Positions 59,412 through 64,000 of a stretch of DNA of 64,000 nucleotides are shown here, piece by piece. The stretch lies in contig CAITMK010000014.1 in NCBI GenBank assembly GCA_903893485.1, positions 2,144 to 66,143 on the forward strand. The letters run 5' to 3'. This DNA is from Candidatus Magasanikiibacteriota bacterium. GTDB lineage: Bacteria > Patescibacteriota > Patescibacteriia > Magasanikbacterales > 2-02-FULL-50-9b. Each line of letters starts with the position of its first letter. The stretch's first letter is position 1. A program made the position numbers and the translations under genes. The notes below the pieces were generated by a model that ran no database searches, was not told the DNA's origin, and saw only the letters and a list, made by a program, of their open reading frames with translations.

Positions 59412-61265
59412 ATGCAAGCCGCCTTTTATACTGCATCCATGAAACAACACATTATCTCACTACTTTTCATTGTAAGTCCGCTGGTCATCTGTACCGGACT
59501 TCCCTATCCACAGATTCTGCCACGCACGATTCTGATTGGTCTACTCGGCGCCGCGGCGCTTGGTTTTGAATTTTATGAGGCTAAAAAAATACAATTTACG
59601 CTTGTGGAATGTGCCTGGCTCACCTTCTTTGCAGCGCTCATCACATCTTCATTACTTGGCGGTCAATTTGCGCACAGTCTTTGGAGTACCCTTGAGCGTG
59701 GCACCGGTCTTTTCTTTTTTGCAAGTTGCGCGGCGTTTTATCTCGTTCTAAAAAAAGATTTTAAAGCCGCTGCGCCGCTTCTTACCAACACCATCACCTA
59801 TACGCTGATCGTGATGAGCGTATTTGCAATTGCGCAAAAATTATTTCCTGGTTTTGCACAAACATTTTCAGGCAATCGTATTGGCGGCACCCTGGGCAAT
59901 GCAATTTTCTTTGGCATGTATCTTACACTTAACATTTTTTTGGTGGGATTATTTTGGGAAAAAAAGCACCGCATACTTCAGTCGATTGCGATTGCTAGCG
60001 GTTTAATCGCTCTTGGACTCGCCGCTGTTACGGGCCCGGTAGCGGGTTTTATTGCCGGGCTTCTCATCACAGCCACAATTTTGCTTTATCAAAAATATCC
60101 TCGTTTAATTATTGCATTTTCTAGCGTAGTAATAGTCATTGCCCTCTGTGGTGCATTATTTTTAGGCCCAAATTCAATCAAAAAATTACCAACATTTCAA
60201 AGTCGTTTAGTTAACTGGAGTATTGGCTACAAAAATTTTAAAGCGCATCCAATTTTCGGAACCGGATGGGAATCGTATCAAGCGGTTGCGGCCGCAAATT
60301 TTGATCCGCGACTTATTAATTTTGGTGGCGCCGAAACGTATCCGGATAAACCACATAATGCATACATTGAATTGCTCAGTAGCACGGGCATCGTTGGCAC
60401 AATCTTATATTTTTGTTTCATCGCAGCACTTTTTTGGACTGCCCTTTATTTATATCGACACAAAAAAATTTCACTTTTGCAGTTTGCAATAAGTGCTGGT
60501 TTTTTAACAACGTACCTGGTACAAAATTTTTCTGCGTTCGAAACCCACGGAACTCTAATTCCACTTACCATTTTTGCCGCATGGACTGGCGCGCGACAGG
60601 AAAATAAAATTTTTAGCACTTCGCCAAAAATTATTTTGGGAACCAGTACCATACTTTTTGTGATCTGTTATTGGATCGGCATCATGAGTTGCATTCCAGA
60701 ATTTATCGCGCTCAAAAATGCAGATGGCGCCGCGCTCAGTCAAAAACTTTCTTCAATATATCGAACAGAATATTTCAGCGTATTAAATCCTGCCGATGTC
60801 TCACAAGTTACTGCGGTTGTACGAAATTTTAAACCGCAAACCGCATGGGATGATTTAATTCTGGCAAAATTTTTGGGGTCCGCCGCAACGTTTCATCCAG
60901 AATTTGTTGAAGTTGCCGAAACTGCAATTGCGCGTGCAATTAATACAAATCCAAAACGACAAGAATTATTTATCATAAAAGGTCAGCTCGCGCTTGCACA
61001 AAATAATCTCAATGACGCAACACTGGCATTTAGCGAAGCAATCGCAATTGAGCCGCGCACCTCACAGCCACATTATTTGCTCGGACTCGTTTTATTTGCT
61101 CAAAATAATAACGATGTCGGTTGGACCGAAATTCAACTCGCCGCTTCGCACGGATTAAAATCGGCATCGCGCACTTCACTTATTTTTATTGCACAAAAAC
61201 TGCAAGCAGCAAACATGCAAAACCAATTACAAATTCTTGAAACAACCTTTACCCCAACTGAATAA
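59412..61265 (+). CDS. O-antigen ligase-like membrane protein with TPR domain, paralogue 3
   Basis: Same architecture (GNAIFFGMY ... KPHNAYIELLSSTG). Confidence 0.7.
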   Translation: MQAAFYTASMKQHIISLLFIVSPLVICTGLPYPQILPRTILIGLLGAAALGFEFYEAKKIQFTLVECAWLTFFAALITSSLLGGQFAHSLWSTLERGTGLFFFASCAAFYLVLKKDFKAAAPLLTNTITYTLIVMSVFAIAQKLFPGFAQTFSGNRIGGTLGNAIFFGMYLTLNIFLVGLFWEKKHRILQSIAIASGLIALGLAAVTGPVAGFIAGLLITATILLYQKYPRLIIAFSSVVIVIALCGALFLGPNSIKKLPTFQSRLVNWSIGYKNFKAHPIFGTGWESYQAVAAANFDPRLINFGGAETYPDKPHNAYIELLSSTGIVGTILYFCFIAALFWTALYLYRHKKISLLQFAISAGFLTTYLVQNFSAFETHGTLIPLTIFAAWTGARQENKIFSTSPKIILGTSTILFVICYWIGIMSCIPEFIALKNADGAALSQKLSSIYRTEYFSVLNPADVSQVTAVVRNFKPQTAWDDLILAKFLGSAATFHPEFVEVAETAIARAINTNPKRQELFIIKGQLALAQNNLNDATLAFSEAIAIEPRTSQPHYLLGLVLFAQNNNDVGWTEIQLAASHGLKSASRTSLIFIAQKLQAANMQNQLQILETTFTPTE

Positions 61266-63161
61266 TTATTTTTTCAGCTGCGCATACCAATTCAACTGCT
61301 CGGTGGACCATCCATCAGGCCGAAGCTGAAAAGCACGCGTTGCATAGGTCACCGCACCCGCATGATCGCCACTTGCATCCAAATGAACAGCCCAATAAAA
61401 ATTAGCGGTTGGTGAATTAGGATAGAGTGCCAAGAAGTTAGTGAGAACCTCGCCTGCGGCCTTTTCTTGGCCCTGACTGCTTAATAATCCCGCCAAAGCT
61501 ACTGATGTTGCAGGTCGCCCAGGCGCCCGCGCAAGCACCGCACGATAACCGGTTTCTGCAAGCGCCTCCCAATATGAAACCGTATGATCTGGCGCATTTG
61601 GCGCATACATCTGAAAAAATACCGCGACATTATGTAATTTGGTCGTTGGAATTTTTTGCGATTGCATATAACCCTCGAGCCGCGGTACATATGATTCACT
61701 GAGCGGCTGCAACTCAAAGGAAGAAATAATTTGCGCCTGCAGCAGCGTAACCAAACGTTGAGAATAAATTACATCGCGCTCCTGGGTGTATGGAAAAAGC
61801 ATTGGCGTTTGCCCCGCGGCGCGCGAAACAGTACCAAGCGTTTGCGTGACTGATAATGCATCTTGCATATGCCACACCTCTGACGTAATACCAATAATCA
61901 TAATCACCGCGCTCACCCCTAACACCAATCCACCAACTTGAAATACTTTTTGTAAATTTTTATTGAGCGCTAAATTTGGTAATTCAGTTTTCTTACCCAT
62001 ACTCACAAGCAGCACAAGCGCAGGCACTGCCCACATTTGAAAAGGCGCGGTTGCAAGTGCCACATGATATGCAACAAATGTCGCTCTTCCAATGGTGCTT
62101 AGCGAACGAAACACAAACCATGCCCAAAAACCATATAGCAACAATCCCACAACGCCGCCAGCCAAAAGTAAATCAAAATACCAAGAATGTGTTGAATCAA
62201 AAACTTGTTCGCTATTGGTAATTTCGTCTAAATTTCCAAGATCGCGCACGATGATATCGTGAAATCCAACCGGCCCATAGCCAACAAGCGGTCGTGCAGC
62301 AAATTCATGCAATGCATTTTTATATAATGTTGCACGCGACTGAACCGTTTCATCTTGCATTGAAATATGCAGCGCGCGGCCGCCCAAGCCGTATGCTAAA
62401 AAAATAAAAAGCACAAGTGCACCAACGCTTAGCCCAATTCGTTTTTGCCATGATGTATAGTGATTAAAAACCCAATGCGCCCCAACGTAACAAGCGCCCA
62501 CGGCTGCCGCAAGCATGGTGCCACGACTCCCCGTAGCATAGAGCAAAAACAAAGTTACCGCGGCCATGCAACTCAGATACACGCGAGAATGTTTTGTTTT
62601 TTCAAAAGCAATCTGCGCAAAAAATGGTACAAATAAAATTACGGTACCAAAAAATAATGCGTTGCCAACGGATCCTGCCCATCGTGAATCAGTAACTAAC
62701 AATTCTGAGCCCGGCGCAAGTACAAATAATCGACTTATCAACGCACCAAATATTAAAACGCCAAGATATACCGCGCTTACATAATTATTTTTTTTATGTG
62801 CATATAATACAGCTGCTAAAATTGGCAGCATCCCCCAAAGCAAAAATAATCCATCGCTTCGAATCCATGATCCCCACCACGCTGCGCCAATTTCCCCGCC
62901 AAAAATAGCACGTACCGTAAGCCACAAAACAAAAATACCAAGCCATGATAACCGCGGATCAGTAATAAAAACTTTTGCTGATATCTTTTCTTGCCACAAA
63001 AAATAAATTGCAAGCAAAATCGCCACGCACCACAACACTACCCTGCCCGTGATAAATGAATAGTACCAAAATGGCGTTACGACAAATGGTATTATTGCCA
63101 ACAGGTAACCTAGCCAATTTATTCTAATTTTCATAGCTGTTTTATTTTCATAGAATAACAT
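61266..63161 (-). CDS. O-antigen ligase-like membrane protein with TPR domain, paralogue 4
   Basis: Same architecture (GNALFFGTV ... STHSWYFDLLLAGG). Confidence 0.7.
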   Translation of the reverse strand: MLFYENKTAMKIRINWLGYLLAIIPFVVTPFWYYSFITGRVVLWCVAILLAIYFLWQEKISAKVFITDPRLSWLGIFVLWLTVRAIFGGEIGAAWWGSWIRSDGLFLLWGMLPILAAVLYAHKKNNYVSAVYLGVLIFGALISRLFVLAPGSELLVTDSRWAGSVGNALFFGTVILFVPFFAQIAFEKTKHSRVYLSCMAAVTLFLLYATGSRGTMLAAAVGACYVGAHWVFNHYTSWQKRIGLSVGALVLFIFLAYGLGGRALHISMQDETVQSRATLYKNALHEFAARPLVGYGPVGFHDIIVRDLGNLDEITNSEQVFDSTHSWYFDLLLAGGVVGLLLYGFWAWFVFRSLSTIGRATFVAYHVALATAPFQMWAVPALVLLVSMGKKTELPNLALNKNLQKVFQVGGLVLGVSAVIMIIGITSEVWHMQDALSVTQTLGTVSRAAGQTPMLFPYTQERDVIYSQRLVTLLQAQIISSFELQPLSESYVPRLEGYMQSQKIPTTKLHNVAVFFQMYAPNAPDHTVSYWEALAETGYRAVLARAPGRPATSVALAGLLSSQGQEKAAGEVLTNFLALYPNSPTANFYWAVHLDASGDHAGAVTYATRAFQLRPDGWSTEQLNWYAQLKK

Positions 63162-63186
63162 GCTCTGCCGAAAAACAAAACACCCG

Positions 63187-63223
63187 ACCTTACGGCCGGG
63201 TGTTTTGCGATTCTTCCTTTTAC
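63187..63223 (-). terminator. Intrinsic terminator after surface-protein gene
   Basis: CACCCGACC-TTAC-GGCCGGGTG stem flanked by an A-run and a T-run; a second perfect palindrome CATTCAACTATTAGTTGAATG lies at about 63241-63261. Confidence 0.6.
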
Positions 63224-63250
63224 AGAAGTTTCATCTCTTTCATTCAACTA

Positions 63251-64000
63251 TTAGTTGAATGAAATTGACTTACCAGAAAGAGGCAAACTGTTAACCACGG
63301 TGGTTGGAGTTAAGCCATCAGACCAGGTCACTGCAGTTGCTGGCATACCAACCGAAAGGGTAGCATTACCTGCTGCAGTTGCTGTGGTGTCCAAAGTTAC
63401 CAAGATTGGTAATGATGAACCTGGGTCAATTGCGAGAGTTGCTGACAACGCTGCTGGAGTTGCGCCAAATACCAAACATGAGGTTGAACCAAATGTACAG
63501 CTTGTTGCACCACCACCAAGGGTTGTTGTTTCAATCAACTGGTTAGAGTCAATTGTTTCGCTCTTATACACGTTCAACACATGTGATGAACCTGCAGATG
63601 CTGACAATGAACCTGAAGCCAAGAAGTTCAATTTTGTAATCAATGCTTTCGCACCGTTTACATTAGCACTGTTCGAGATCACGAACAAAGCTGCTGGCAT
63701 TTCTGAGGTACGAGTACCGATAGTGCCTGGAGCATTTGCTGAGCTTGAATATGCAACTGAAAGTTTGGTCTTAAGTGATGTCTGTGCAGCACCCTGAATT
63801 GTTGCTGGACTGCTGAAAAGACGACCGCCACCAATACCTGCAACGGTGATTGATGCGCCACTCTTAGCGCCCTTAGCAACTACTGCTGTTGATGATGCGT
63901 TGTCATACTTATCAATCAAGAAGCCCTTGAATGAAACGCCTGAGTACACGTCCTGAGTTGCTGAAACTGCAGCTACAACAGTAAATGTCTTAGAAGTGTT
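63251..64000 (-). CDS. Ser/Thr/Ala/Gly-rich cell-surface protein, partial (extends past window end)
   Basis: Low-complexity S/T/A/G-rich sequence; reading frame stays open upstream of the listed GTG start to coordinate 64000. Confidence 0.4.
   Translation of the reverse strand, partial: NTSKTFTVVAAVSATQDVYSGVSFKGFLIDKYDNASSTAVVAKGAKSGASITVAGIGGGRLFSSPATIQGAAQTSLKTKLSVAYSSSANAPGTIGTRTSEMPAALFVISNSANVNGAKALITKLNFLASGSLSASAGSSHVLNVYKSETIDSNQLIETTTLGGGATSCTFGSTSCLVFGATPAALSATLAIDPGSSLPILVTLDTTATAAGNATLSVGMPATAVTWSDGLTPTTVVNSLPLSGKSISFN

Overview
The window looks like a low-GC (about 45%), gene-dense, mostly minus-strand segment of a small-genome bacterium, possibly CPR or Saccharibacteria-like; host genes largely lack Shine-Dalgarno sequences. 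Conserved housekeeping blocks, in coordinate order: a tandem set of nucleotide house-cleaning genes (MazG-Nudix-Maf-Nudix), secA, hpf, a murB-murC-PBP cell-wall cluster, mrdA-mreD-mreC-mreB, a UvrD-type helicase fused to an Fe-S nuclease, the F-type ATP synthase operon, tatD, cvpA, metG, rsmI, an Fe-S assembly cluster (Rrf2 regulator, cysteine desulfurase, NifU-like scaffold, ferredoxin), and a large cell-envelope glycosylation locus (GT4 and GT2 glycosyltransferases, a WbaP-like sugar transferase, a UXS-like epimerase, a truncated UDP-glucose dehydrogenase, an S8 protease, and four tandem O-antigen-ligase/TPR paralogs). The most striking feature is a set of at least six high-GC (about 58-62%) islands wedged into intergenic gaps of these conserved operons, one of them between atpG and atpD. 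Each carries one to three unrecognisable genes, and each gene has its own near-consensus TTGACA -35 promoter, a strong AGGAGG-type ribosome-binding site and a GC-hairpin plus T-run terminator. Two islands share an identical 40-bp terminator module. One gene has a perfect palindromic operator at its transcription start. One island encodes a secreted Gly/Tyr/Arg-rich, Cys-rich protein. A GC-elevated, ORF-free, highly structured region of about 0.8 kb lies next to the helicase. Other oddities are a SecD-like protein with a parvulin-like insertion, a hairpin-forming element of about 160 bp flanked by 11-bp direct repeats in the secA leader, and a 107-bp nested inverted repeat. No rRNA, tRNA or CRISPR array was found. 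All coordinates for non-ORF features are hand-counted and may be off by 1-2 nt.
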